DNA of 64,000 bases from NCBI GenBank assembly GCA_963787855.1, contig CAWBER010000010.1, forward strand, positions 14,066-78,065, in the 5' to 3' direction. The notes below the pieces were generated by a model. It did not search any database. It was not told the origin of the DNA and was given only the letters and a program-made list of their open reading frames with translations. Positions 34,096-43,347 of the stretch are shown in pieces. How positions within the stretch are numbered: the first letter of the stretch is position 1; each line of letters begins with the position of its first letter. A program made the position numbers and the translations under genes. The stretch comes from an uncultured Gaiellaceae bacterium. GTDB taxonomy: Bacteria > Actinomycetota > Thermoleophilia > Gaiellales > Gaiellaceae.

Positions 34096-35235
34096 ATGAC
34101 CGAGACACGGACCAGCGAACCGCCGAGGACGTCCCGCATGCGCGTGATCGGCGCGCGTGTTTTGACCGTGCTGGCGATCCTGCTCGCGCTGGTCGGGATG
34201 ATCGCGTTCTACGTCGAGCACACAGCGCTCGACGAGGAGGGCTTCGAGACGATCTCGCGGAACATGATCGAGAACGACGAGATCCGCACCCAAGTGGCGG
34301 GTACGGCGGTCGAGACGCTGTTCGCGAACGTCGACGTCGAAGCGGCGATCGCGGAGGAGCTGCCTCCCGCACAGCAGGGCCTCGCCCCGGTTCTGGCCGG
34401 TCTCGCCCGCTCGGGGGCCGATCGGGCAGCGGTAGCCGTGCTCGAACGGCCGCGCGCGCAGACCGTGTGGGTGGAGGCGACGACCAGGACGCAGCGCCAG
34501 CTCGTTCGGTTGCTCGACGACGACACGACGTTCATCCAGACCGAGGGCGGCGCGGTCGTGCTCGACCTCCGCCCGATCGTGATCGAGCTTGGCGACCAGG
34601 TCGCGGTGATCGGAAAGGTCGCCGAGAGACTCCCGGAGTCCGCGGGAAGGATCGCGATCATCGAAGAGAGCCAGCTGGAGACGGCGCAGACGGCGACGAA
34701 GCTCCTGCGCACCGTCGCCGACTGGATGTGGCTCGTCGCGCTCATCGTCGCGGCGCTCGCCGTCTGGCTCGCTCGCGGGCGGCGCAGGCTCGAGCTCCGG
34801 GCGATCGCCCTCGGCTTGCTCGTCGTGGGGCTTCTGATGCTGGCGGTACGCCGCTTCGCGGGCGGCTACCTGGTCGACGAGCTCGCGCGAGACGACGCGG
34901 TCAAGCCGGCCGCCCACGACGCCTGGAACATCCTCACCCAGACCCTCTCCGACCGTGCGTGGGTCTGGATCATCCTCGGCGTCGTCACCATCGCCGGGGT
35001 CTGGTTCGTCGGTGAGACCCGTCGCGCGACAGACGCGCGCCGCGCCGCAGCGCCGGTCCTCGAGAACCGAGTGACGACGTACGCAATCGCCGCTGGCGCG
35101 CTCCTCGCACTGGTGCTGATCGCTCCGCAGATCGCCCGAGGCTGGCTATCTGCACTCCTGCTCATCGCCCTCATCGTCGCCGGGATCGAGGTCGTCCGAG
35201 CCATCGTCCTTCGGGAAGCTCGGCAGCCCGCCTGA
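34096..35235 (+). CDS. Hypothetical integral membrane protein
   Basis: 379 aa. One N-terminal TM, a soluble middle region and about five C-terminal TM helices. No family recognised. Confidence 0.55.
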   Translation: MTETRTSEPPRTSRMRVIGARVLTVLAILLALVGMIAFYVEHTALDEEGFETISRNMIENDEIRTQVAGTAVETLFANVDVEAAIAEELPPAQQGLAPVLAGLARSGADRAAVAVLERPRAQTVWVEATTRTQRQLVRLLDDDTTFIQTEGGAVVLDLRPIVIELGDQVAVIGKVAERLPESAGRIAIIEESQLETAQTATKLLRTVADWMWLVALIVAALAVWLARGRRRLELRAIALGLLVVGLLMLAVRRFAGGYLVDELARDDAVKPAAHDAWNILTQTLSDRAWVWIILGVVTIAGVWFVGETRRATDARRAAAPVLENRVTTYAIAAGALLALVLIAPQIARGWLSALLLIALIVAGIEVVRAIVLREARQPA

Positions 35236-35321
35236 GAGGCCCTTTCTTCCGCGCGTGGCGCGATCGATGAATAGCGCGCGACTCTAGGGTCTACACCGTG
35301 ACATCGACACGGAGGTAGAGC

Positions 35322-35864
35322 ATGGGCGCGATTCACGTACACGAGTTCATGAGCCTCGACGGCGTCATCGACGAGCCGACGTGGACCTTCGAATACGGCT
35401 TCGACCCGAAGATGGGAGAGGCCCTCGGCGCGGTGACGGGCCGCTCCGGCGGCATCCTGCTCGGACGCAAGACGTACGAGATGTTCGAGCCGGCGTGGTC
35501 GACGCGAACCGTCGAGGACGACCCGGGTGCTCCGTTCTTCAACGACACGACCAAGTACGTCGTCTCGGGGACGCTCGAGGAGGGAACGTGGCGGAACTCC
35601 GAGATCGTCGGTCCGTACGACGCCGAACGGATCCGGCGACTGAAGGAAGAGGTCGAGGGCGACATCTACGTGAGCGGCAGCGTCACGCTCGTCCGCGCGC
35701 TGCTCGCGGATGGGCTCGTGGACGAGCTGCACCTGTTCGTCTACCCGCTCACGATCGGGACCGGGACCAGGCTCTTCGACGAGAACGCGCCCAACAAGCT
35801 GTCCCTCGCGAGATCGGACGCGTATCCGAACGGCGTCGTCTACCTCGCGTACCGTCCGCAGTGA
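35322..35864 (+). CDS. Dihydrofolate reductase family protein (RibD C-terminal domain type)
   Basis: GGAGG lies 6 nt before the ATG. Contains HEFMSLDGVIDEP...LLGRKTYEMF...YVSGSVTLVRALLADGLVDELHLFVYP. Confidence 0.8.
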   Translation: MGAIHVHEFMSLDGVIDEPTWTFEYGFDPKMGEALGAVTGRSGGILLGRKTYEMFEPAWSTRTVEDDPGAPFFNDTTKYVVSGTLEEGTWRNSEIVGPYDAERIRRLKEEVEGDIYVSGSVTLVRALLADGLVDELHLFVYPLTIGTGTRLFDENAPNKLSLARSDAYPNGVVYLAYRPQ

Positions 35865-36361
35865 CGGCGTCCGTCGCACTACGGCCGGCCCGCGCCGACG
35901 ACGCGGAGACGATCGCCGAGATCTGGCGCCAGGGCTGGCGGGACGGGCACCTCGGGCACGTGCCACAGGAGCTCGTCGACATTCGAACCGAGGCGTCGTT
36001 CGCAACGCGATCGCTCGAACGGATTCCGGACGCGACCGTCGCCACAGTCGACGGTGCCGTGGTCGGGTTCATCATGGTCGTCGACGACGAAGTCGAGCAG
36101 GTCTACGTCTCCTCGGGTGCGCGCGGAACAGGAGTCGCAGACGAGTTGATGCGCGAGGCCGAGCGACAGGTTCGGACGAACGGCCACACCGAGGCGTGGC
36201 TGGCGGTCGTCGCCGGCAACGGTCGGGCCCGCGCCTTCTACGAGCGTGCCGGCTGGGTCGACGAGGGCACATTCGACTACGCCGCCGCCGCGTCGGCTGC
36301 AGCTGAGACCGGGACGATCGCCGTGCCGTGCCGCCGCTACGCGAAGCGCGTCGCAGACTAG
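35861..36361 (+). CDS. GNAT family N-acetyltransferase
   Basis: The GTG overlaps the preceding stop (GTGA). Contains VEQVYVSSGARGTGVADELMREAE...AFYERAGW (acetyl-CoA motif A). Confidence 0.8.
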   Translation: MTASVALRPARADDAETIAEIWRQGWRDGHLGHVPQELVDIRTEASFATRSLERIPDATVATVDGAVVGFIMVVDDEVEQVYVSSGARGTGVADELMREAERQVRTNGHTEAWLAVVAGNGRARAFYERAGWVDEGTFDYAAAASAAAETGTIAVPCRRYAKRVAD

Positions 36362-37482
36362 GGAGACACGTACTCCACGGCGTCGAGGCCGAGCCACGAG
36401 GCGAGGGCGTCGAGCTCGGCTCGCACGCCCTTCGTGATCGGACGGGTGAAACGGACGTCCTCGTGGATCACATGCACGCGGAGTGTCGACGCCTTCCTGT
36501 CGGCAGTCGTGTCGAGTTTCCCGACGAGCCGGTCGTCGTGGAGGATCGGCAGCGCGAAGTACCCCCAGCGCCGCTTGGCGGCCGGCTTGTACATCTCGAG
36601 GTAGTACTCGAAGTCGAAGAGCTCCTGGGCGCGGACGCGGTCATGAATGAGCCGATCGAAAGGCGAAAGGAACGCCGTGCGGCCCTCGAAGTCCTGGCCG
36701 AGCGCGGCCGGGTCGACCACCCATTCGCCCGCGGTTCCGTCGACCTCGGCCGGCTCGCCGTGCACCACTTCGTGGTAGCGCTCGCCGCTGACGCCGATGA
36801 CCTCGGGGCGGGAGATGCCCAACCAGCGGATCCGCCGCTCGGCGAGGGCTCGGCGGGCTTTCGCGAGCGGGATGGCCTTCACGCGCGGGTACACGCGCTC
36901 GGGGAGATCCCACAGCCGCTGCCGTCCGATGCGGCCGGCGATCGCGACCTCGCCGCGAGAGTTCAGGAACTCGAGCATCTGCGTGACGTTGCGGTTGCCG
37001 GTCCAGCCCGTCGACTGCCAGGGCACGACGCTCGTGTCCGGTATGTCGCGCGACATCAGCGGCCCGGACTTCCGCAGGCGGCGAAGCACGTCCTGGCGGA
37101 ACGACTCGTTCTTCTCGAGCCACTGTTGGGCCACCGGTCCGGGTGGCGGCGAGTACCGCTTGTCGTCCGTCGCGTACGGCCAGGCCGCCATGGACTCGAG
37201 GTAGAGCCCAAGGTCGGCCGTGGGGCGGACGTACGCGCGGACCTCGTACAGCGTTCGGTCTTGCTCGAGCGCCTGCGTGAGCTGCTCCGGCCGATAGGCG
37301 CCGCCCATCCGCGTCCAGGCGACGAGGTCGGCGCTCGGCGCGATCGCCGCGGTCGGGTCGAGCTGGAGGAAGGTCAGGTGGCGCACGACCTCGAGGAGGT
37401 CGGTCGGCCGGCTCGCGTCCAGCAGCTGGGCGCGGATCGCGATCCGCCGAGCCTCGGCCTTGGTCAACCGGTGGACGGCCAC
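36358..37482 (-). CDS. Winged-helix DNA-binding protein of the YcaQ/DUF1006 family (crosslink DNA glycosylase-like)
   Basis: Family-typical LTKAEARRIAIRAQLL...HLTFLQLDP, LSPFDRLIHDR.R...LFDFEY.LEMY.P...R.WGYF.LPIL. Start placed at GTG 37482 (uncertain). Confidence 0.7.
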   Translation of the reverse strand: MAVHRLTKAEARRIAIRAQLLDASRPTDLLEVVRHLTFLQLDPTAAIAPSADLVAWTRMGGAYRPEQLTQALEQDRTLYEVRAYVRPTADLGLYLESMAAWPYATDDKRYSPPPGPVAQQWLEKNESFRQDVLRRLRKSGPLMSRDIPDTSVVPWQSTGWTGNRNVTQMLEFLNSRGEVAIAGRIGRQRLWDLPERVYPRVKAIPLAKARRALAERRIRWLGISRPEVIGVSGERYHEVVHGEPAEVDGTAGEWVVDPAALGQDFEGRTAFLSPFDRLIHDRVRAQELFDFEYYLEMYKPAAKRRWGYFALPILHDDRLVGKLDTTADRKASTLRVHVIHEDVRFTRPITKGVRAELDALASWLGLDAVEYVSP

Positions 37483-37568
37483 GAGCCCGAGCGTACTCGT
37501 CCCCGCGAAGTGTCCTCTCGCTCCCTTGCCGTTCGTCCAGAGACGACAATCCCGAGAAGGAGGACGAC

Positions 37569-37928
37569 ATGAAGTACCTGCTGCTGATCCACCACGGCAC
37601 GACCGCGACGCCAGACGACCAGGAGGCATGGGGACGTCTCTCCCAGGAGGAGCAGAACGCCGTCTACGCCGCGTACCAGGCGATCAACGAGACGCCCGGC
37701 GTGACGCCCGGCGAGTGGATGGAGCCGCCAGAGCTCGCAACCACGGTTCGCGTCGAGAACGGCAAGACGCTGACCACCGACGGGCCGTTCGTCGCCGTGA
37801 AGGAGGCGCTCGGCGGCTACCTGTTCTTCGAGGCAGACGACCTCGACGCGGCGATCGAGCTCGCGGCGCGCATCCCCGCCGCTCGCATGGGCGGCGCGAT
37901 CGAGGTGCGCCCCCTCAAGGAGCAGTAG
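37569..37928 (+). CDS. YciI (DGPF) family protein
   Basis: MKYLLLIHH...TTDGPFVAVKEALGGYLFFEADDLDAAIELAARIP. 119 aa, TAG stop. Confidence 0.85.
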   Translation: MKYLLLIHHGTTATPDDQEAWGRLSQEEQNAVYAAYQAINETPGVTPGEWMEPPELATTVRVENGKTLTTDGPFVAVKEALGGYLFFEADDLDAAIELAARIPAARMGGAIEVRPLKEQ

Positions 37929-37931
37929 GCG

Positions 37932-39095
37932 ATTCTCGAGCAGGTCTTCCGCGAGGAGTGGGGACGCGTCCTTGCCAGCCTGATCGGCCTCCTCGGCGAC
38001 TTCGACCTCGCCGAGGAGGCCGCCCAGGAAGCGTTCGCGATCGCTGCGGCGCGCTGGCCTGCCGAGGGGACGCCCGCGAACCCCCGTGCCTGGCTGGTCA
38101 CGACCGGCCGGAACCGCGCGATCGATCGCATCCGCCGCGAGCGCCTGCTCGCAGAGAAGACGCAGCTCCTCGAGGCACCGCAGTCGCCTGAGATCGAGAT
38201 GGACGACACGACGTTCCCGGACGAGCGCCTCGAGCTCCTCTTCACGTGCTGCCATCCGGCACTCGCGCTCGACGCGCAGGTCGCGCTCACGCTTCGCGCG
38301 CTCGGCGGCCTGACCGCGGAGGAGATCGCACATGCGTTCCTGGTCGCGGACGAGGCGATGGCGAAGCGGCTCGTCCGGGCGAAGCGGAAGATCAAGGCCT
38401 CCGGCATCCCGTTCCGCGTCCCGCCTGCCCACCTGCTTCCCGAGCGCCTCGACGCGGTGCTCGCGGTGATCTACCTGATCTTCAACGAGGGCTACGGCGG
38501 CCGTGGGGATCTCGCAGCGGAGGCGATCCGACTCGGAGGCGGGCTCGCCGAGCTGATGCCCGACGAGCCCGAGGTGCAGGGCCTGCTCGCGCTCATGCTC
38601 GTCCACGACGCACGGCGCGACGCGCGGTTCGCGGACGGATCCGTGGTGCTGCTGCGTGATCAGGACCGCGCGCTCTGGGACGTTCGCCAGATCCAGCGCA
38701 GCCGATCCGCGCTCGAGCGAGCGCTGGCGCTCGGTGGTCGCGGCCCCTACGTGATGCAGGCGACGATCGCCGTGCTCCACGTCGAGGATCCGCCGGACTG
38801 GCCGCGGCTGGCGGGGCTCTACGGCGAGCTCGCGCTCGCAACGGGCTCACCCGTCGTGGAGCTCAACCAGGCGGCCGCCCTGGCCGAGGCCGGCGACGTC
38901 GAGCGGGCGCTCGCGCTCGTCGACGGCCTCGAGCTCGACGAGTATCACTACCTGCACGCGACGCGCGCGGAGCTCCTCCGACGTCTCGATCGCGGCGAGG
39001 AGGCACGGAGCGCCTACCTGCGCGCGCTCGAGCTCGTCCGCTCGGACGCAGAACGCCGCTTCCTCGAGGGGCGACTCGTGGAGCTCGACGGCTGA
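37932..39095 (+). CDS. Sigma-70 family (ECF-like, YciI-associated) RNA polymerase sigma factor with a long C-terminal TPR-like extension; start codon non-canonical or missing
   Basis: Region 2 (NPRAWLVTTGRNRAIDRIRRE) and region 4 (LRALGGLTAEEIAHAFLVADEAMAKRLVRAKRKI) are read in one frame from 37929. The first canonical start (ATG 38199) would delete region 2. AAGGAG lies 9 nt before ATT 37932. Confidence 0.7.
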   Translation: MLEQVFREEWGRVLASLIGLLGDFDLAEEAAQEAFAIAAARWPAEGTPANPRAWLVTTGRNRAIDRIRRERLLAEKTQLLEAPQSPEIEMDDTTFPDERLELLFTCCHPALALDAQVALTLRALGGLTAEEIAHAFLVADEAMAKRLVRAKRKIKASGIPFRVPPAHLLPERLDAVLAVIYLIFNEGYGGRGDLAAEAIRLGGGLAELMPDEPEVQGLLALMLVHDARRDARFADGSVVLLRDQDRALWDVRQIQRSRSALERALALGGRGPYVMQATIAVLHVEDPPDWPRLAGLYGELALATGSPVVELNQAAALAEAGDVERALALVDGLELDEYHYLHATRAELLRRLDRGEEARSAYLRALELVRSDAERRFLEGRLVELDG

Positions 39096-39146
39096 TCGGC
39101 AGTCGGGAAGCCTGCGCCCCGGACCGACGTTGGAGTCCTCAGCGAG

Positions 39147-39935
39147 ATGGCGAAGTACGTTCACGGCTACGGGACGCGCGAGCAGGAGCGGCTCGTCGAG
39201 CAGGCGGAGCACTGGCGCCAGCGGCTGATCGCGGACGGCACGACGCTCCCGTCTGGCACGCGCCTCCTCGAGCTGGGCTGTGGCGTGGGCGCAGTCCTGG
39301 CCGTGCTCGGTCAGGAGTTCCCCGGCGTCCGGTTGCACGGCCTCGACATCGAGCCGAAGCAGCTCGAGTACGCGCGCGGGCACCTGCGGCGTGCCGGTGT
39401 CGAGGCCACGTTGGAGGAGGGAGATGCGACGGCCGTCCCGTTCGCCGACGAGTCGTTCGACCACGTCTGGATGATGTGGTTCCTCGAGCACGTCTCCGAT
39501 CCGCTCGCCGTCCTCCGCGAAGCGCAACGCGTGCTCGTTCCGGGCGGCCTCGTCACGGCGATCGAGGTCGACTACTCGACCGCCCGTGCAGAGCCGTCGA
39601 CGGCGGCCTTCGAGGCGCTCGTCCAGGCGATGGTCCGCGGGATGGCCGCGGCGGGCTGGAGTGACGCGGGCACCCGGCTGCCGGCATGGCTCGCAGAGGC
39701 GGGCTTCCGCGAGATCGATCCCGGCGAGCGGCCGTTCTGGTGGCAGGGTGAGGAGCTGGCGGCCGAGGCCGCCTACGCGGCCGACGTGATCGAGAGCGCG
39801 CTTCCTGCACTGATGCAGCTTCCGGGGACGTCCGAAGACGAGCTCCGGGCAGGTCTCGAGCACCTCCGCCGCCTCCCGGGCCACCCCGACGCCCGGCTCG
39901 GCTGGGTCGTGCACAAGTCGACTGCCGCCCGCTGA
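39147..39935 (+). CDS. Class I SAM-dependent methyltransferase
   Basis: LLELGCGVGAV (motif I), GLDIEPK, and DHVWMMWFLEHV with post-I/II motifs. Confidence 0.85.
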   Translation: MAKYVHGYGTREQERLVEQAEHWRQRLIADGTTLPSGTRLLELGCGVGAVLAVLGQEFPGVRLHGLDIEPKQLEYARGHLRRAGVEATLEEGDATAVPFADESFDHVWMMWFLEHVSDPLAVLREAQRVLVPGGLVTAIEVDYSTARAEPSTAAFEALVQAMVRGMAAAGWSDAGTRLPAWLAEAGFREIDPGERPFWWQGEELAAEAAYAADVIESALPALMQLPGTSEDELRAGLEHLRRLPGHPDARLGWVVHKSTAAR

Positions 39936-39965
39936 CGCGGCGCCTCTTCGCGGGCTGGCCGAGCG

Positions 39966-40658
39966 CTAGCCCGCCTCCGACCGCACGTACTCGATGTAGC
40001 CGCGGACGTCCGCGACAGGCTCCGAGTACGCGTCGCCGAGCGCCTGCTCCATCCGCTCGAGGTACCCCTCCGCCCAGGCGGGGAAGTCGTAGTCGATCGC
40101 ACGGAGGAACTCGAGCGTCGCCGCCCAGCGCATGTCGGCGATCGAGGGCTGGTCACCACCGACGAACGGCCTGCCCGCCAGGAAGAACGCGTTGAAGGCC
40201 TCGAGCGGCGTGGCGAGAGCCTTCTCGGCGTCCTTGCGCGCCTGCTCCTTGAGCTCGTCCGACACGTCGGCAGTCGCGACCTCGCCCGCATACTGACCGA
40301 ACTTGAGCGTCGGATAGGTCGCGCGCGCGAGCAGCGGGTAGAAGGTTCCGATCAAGTAGAACATCGCGCTGTCGACCATCGCCCGCTCGCCGGGATCGGT
40401 CGGGTAGAAGCGATCGAGGCCGTGCTTGTTGCAGAGGTACTGCATGATCGCGCAGCTCTCCCACAGCGAGCCCTTCGGCAGCCCTTCCTCCTCGAGCAAC
40501 GGTGTCAAATCCGCCGGGTCCTTCGCGAGGAAGTCCGGCGTCGACTTCTTCCCCCAGACGTCGACCTCCTCGTAGTCGAGACCCGCCGCCCGCACGAAGA
40601 TGCGAACCGTCAGGTTGTTCACGCTCGGCTTGAGGATGCTCAGTGTGTGTGTGGCCAT
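39966..40658 (-). CDS. Glutathione S-transferase family protein
   Basis: 230 aa. Thioredoxin-like N-terminus (PLLEEEGLPKGSLWESCAIMQYL) and helical C-domain (GGDQPSIADM). Confidence 0.75.
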   Translation of the reverse strand: MATHTLSILKPSVNNLTVRIFVRAAGLDYEEVDVWGKKSTPDFLAKDPADLTPLLEEEGLPKGSLWESCAIMQYLCNKHGLDRFYPTDPGERAMVDSAMFYLIGTFYPLLARATYPTLKFGQYAGEVATADVSDELKEQARKDAEKALATPLEAFNAFFLAGRPFVGGDQPSIADMRWAATLEFLRAIDYDFPAWAEGYLERMEQALGDAYSEPVADVRGYIEYVRSEAG

Positions 40659-40672
40659 GTGCTCCTCCTCTG

Positions 40673-42565
40673 CTAGCGGTACGGGTTCTTCGGTGACCGG
40701 TCGTGCGAGAGCGACTCCTGCGATCGCGCGACGAGATCTTCGATCGCGTCCGTCAGGTGGACGCGGTCGATGTTCGGGTCGTCCCTCTCGATGCGCAGCT
40801 TGTGCGCCTCGAGCAGGACGTCCGTGTGCGTGTGACCCGCCGGTGGCTCGAAGCGGTAGGACGCGAGCTCGATGAGAAGGCCGAGCGGGTCCTCGAAGTA
40901 GATCGAGTCCATGAACCCGCGGTCCTTGACGCCCGAGTGCTCGATGCCGCGCTCGTCGAGCCGCTCGACCGTCTGCGCGAAGGTCGCCTGCGAGATGGCG
41001 AAGGCGAGGTGGTGGACGATGCCCGGCTCCCTCGGCGCCGAGCGCTGCTCCGGCTCGCGCTCCTCGTTCGTGAAGATCGTGATCAGGCGCCCGTCGCCCG
41101 GATCGAAGTACAGATGGCTCTCGGACTCCCGGTCGAGATTGGGCTGCTCGAAGACGAAGGGCATGCCGAGCACGCCCTCCCAGAAGTCGATGGACGTCTG
41201 GCGGTTCGCGCCGTTGATCGTGATGTGGTGGACGCCTTGCGTCTGCAGCTTTCTCACTGTCCGACGCTCTAGAAGCTGTCCCTTGTATTCATCGCGAGCA
41301 AGGCTTCCCCAGGGCACGAGCTCCACGCTCGTGGAGACGACGAGCACCGCGCGCAGTCTCTCACGGATCGCATCCGCCAGCTCCGGGTCTGCCTCCTCGC
41401 CTTGCGCGAGCTCGACGGCGACGGGAAGTGGCGGAGCCTGCTTCGCCCCAGGGGCTTGCGGCCGCACGCGGACGTGACCGCTCACCCTCGGCACGAACGC
41501 GGCGACGACCTCGCGTACGGCCGACGGGAAGACGTTGACGCCCCGCACTACGAGCATGTCGTCGGTTCGCCCGACGCAGCGCACCCGTGGCCCGGTGCGC
41601 CCGCATGGGCACGGGCTCATGCGAACCTCGACGTGATCGCGCGTGCGAAAGCGGAGCAGCGGAGCGGCCTGGTGCCGGAGATGCGTGAGCACGAGCTCAC
41701 CCGAAGAACCGTCCTCGAGCGGGATCGCCGACGTCGTCTCCGGGTCGATCAGCTCCGGATGGGCGAAGCCGCGGGCGCCGAGGTGCATCCCGTCCTGCTC
41801 CTCGCACTCGCCCCAGAGCGAGATCCCGATGTCGCCGATCCCCATCGCCTCCGTGACCCGTGCGCCCCAGCCTTCCTCGAGCCTCGCGCGGAAAGCAGGC
41901 TCTCCCCCACCCGGCTCGCCAGCGACGAGCACGCGCTCGATGCTCGAGCCGGCGATGTCGAGCCCGCGGTCGGCGGCAGCCTCGACGACGTACTCGGCGT
42001 AGGACGGGGTGAGCACGGCCGCCGCCGGCCGGAGGAGCTCGATCGCGCGCAGGAGCCGTTCGGTGTTCCCTGTGCCGACCGGAACGTGACAGAGCCCGAT
42101 GCGGTCGAATGACGCGAGCGCGGCGCCGGCGACGAAGGGGCCGGCGTTGTACGTCGAGACGATCCGCTGGCCCGCCGTGATGCCGGATGCCGCGTAGCTG
42201 CGCGCCGATCCCGTGACCCAGTCGTCGAGGTCGCGGACGGTCAACGGGATGTAGCTCGGGGTGCCGGTCGTGCCGCTCGTGGAGTAGATCCGCACGATCT
42301 CCGACGCGTCCGCACAGAGATGCGTGCCGATCGGATTCTCCGGGGTTGCGGTCTCCTTGAGCTCGCGCTTCTCCGTCAGCGGAAGGACTGCGATCTCGGC
42401 CAGACCTCCGGCTTCCTCGGCGGTCGCGAGCCCCGCGGCGCCGAGCTTCTCGCGGTAGAAGTCCGAGCGCTCGAGGACGTATGCGACCTGCGCGCGGTAG
42501 CTCGCGTCGTCCAGGGCGAGCTGCTCCTCCCACGGCCGGGTCTCGACGTCCGGCTCGAGCATCAC
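40673..42565 (-). CDS. Phenylacetate-CoA ligase-like adenylating enzyme (PaaK/F390 synthetase family) fused in frame to a VOC/glyoxalase-type domain
   Basis: Residues 1-436 contain YSTSGTTGTPSYIP, GEPGG and TDDMLVVRGVNVFP, ending ...KGQLLERR as PaaK proteins do. Residues 437-630 contain GVHHITINGANRQTSIDFWEGVLGMPFVFEQ...HLYF...GIVHHLAFAI...IYFEDPLGLLIEL. Confidence 0.8.
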   Translation of the reverse strand: MMLEPDVETRPWEEQLALDDASYRAQVAYVLERSDFYREKLGAAGLATAEEAGGLAEIAVLPLTEKRELKETATPENPIGTHLCADASEIVRIYSTSGTTGTPSYIPLTVRDLDDWVTGSARSYAASGITAGQRIVSTYNAGPFVAGAALASFDRIGLCHVPVGTGNTERLLRAIELLRPAAAVLTPSYAEYVVEAAADRGLDIAGSSIERVLVAGEPGGGEPAFRARLEEGWGARVTEAMGIGDIGISLWGECEEQDGMHLGARGFAHPELIDPETTSAIPLEDGSSGELVLTHLRHQAAPLLRFRTRDHVEVRMSPCPCGRTGPRVRCVGRTDDMLVVRGVNVFPSAVREVVAAFVPRVSGHVRVRPQAPGAKQAPPLPVAVELAQGEEADPELADAIRERLRAVLVVSTSVELVPWGSLARDEYKGQLLERRTVRKLQTQGVHHITINGANRQTSIDFWEGVLGMPFVFEQPNLDRESESHLYFDPGDGRLITIFTNEEREPEQRSAPREPGIVHHLAFAISQATFAQTVERLDERGIEHSGVKDRGFMDSIYFEDPLGLLIELASYRFEPPAGHTHTDVLLEAHKLRIERDDPNIDRVHLTDAIEDLVARSQESLSHDRSPKNPYR

Positions 42566-43347
42566 TCGCCTGACGGTGGCTCGTACTCGACGGCTTCCTC
42601 GGCTTCGCGGGCGAGCAGGAAGCCGAGCGGGCTTTCCTGCTCCTCGACCAGGTGCGCGAGCAGGCCGGCGGTGCGGGCGAGGATCGGAATCGCCTTGACA
42701 CTCGAGGAGGGATAGCCGAGGTCGAGCATCACCGCCGCGATCGGCATTGCCACGTTGAGTGGGAGCGCCTTACCCCAGATTTCGGCGACCGCCGCACCCA
42801 GGCGGCGGACGAGCTCGACGTACGGCCCGCTCACACCGCGCTCGTCGGCGAGCTCGAGGATTCGCTCTGCCCGCGGGTCCGTCGGCCGGTGCACCGGATG
42901 ACCGAAGCCGGGAACCTTGCCGCCCGCATCCCGGATCGAGCGCACGAACTCCCGCGCGACGGCTGCGGGCTCGTCGCCCGCGGCAACCCGCCGCCGCGCG
43001 TCCTCGAGCAGCCGTGCGCACTCGCCGGACGTCCCGAGGACGACGGAGCCGGCACCCAGGATCCCCGCCGCGACTGCGCCTTGCAGCGCATCGGGATCGG
43101 CCGCCAGCGTCATCCGGGCCGCAACGTTGGACGGCATCATTCCGTGCTCGGCGATCGACACGAGCAGGAGGTCGAGGAAGAAGCGCTGGTCGTCGGTCGC
43201 CTCCCGGCCGGTGAGGAGCAGGTGGAAGTACTCGGTGAACGTCACCCGGCCCATGAGCTCGCCGGTCAGATCGCGTCCGCGGACCTCGACGCGATCGGGG
43301 TAGGCGCGCGAGATCCGGCTCACCGCCCGGTCATCCTGCGGCAGCAT
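42562..43347 (-). CDS. Citryl-CoA lyase-like protein (short citrate synthase family)
   Basis: 262 aa from ATG 43347 (overlaps the upstream stop by 1 nt). Contains FLDLLLVSIAEHGMMPS, PGFGHPVHRPTDPR, and LPLNVAMPIAAV. Confidence 0.7.
   Translation of the reverse strand: MLPQDDRAVSRISRAYPDRVEVRGRDLTGELMGRVTFTEYFHLLLTGREATDDQRFFLDLLLVSIAEHGMMPSNVAARMTLAADPDALQGAVAAGILGAGSVVLGTSGECARLLEDARRRVAAGDEPAAVAREFVRSIRDAGGKVPGFGHPVHRPTDPRAERILELADERGVSGPYVELVRRLGAAVAEIWGKALPLNVAMPIAAVMLDLGYPSSSVKAIPILARTAGLLAHLVEEQESPLGFLLAREAEEAVEYEPPSGE

Noticed and set aside
31948-34917. A 989-aa ORF extending the holin-AP fusion upstream.
   Set aside because: The N-terminal 318 codons or so are the antisense of the membrane protein gene 34096..35235 and are low-complexity. 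A strong SD plus ATG at 33963 begins the recognisable TM domain.
41260-41290. Restriction-site-like hexamers at junctions: TCTAGA and CTGCAG at the PaaK/VOC joint, CTCGAG created by the 4-nt insertion at 51372, and CTCGAGAAGCTT at 10405. They raised the thought of engineered DNA.
   Set aside because: CTCGAG (Leu-Glu codons) is extremely frequent all over this GC-rich sequence. The other sites are single occurrences, and nothing else (vector backbone, markers) supports engineering.
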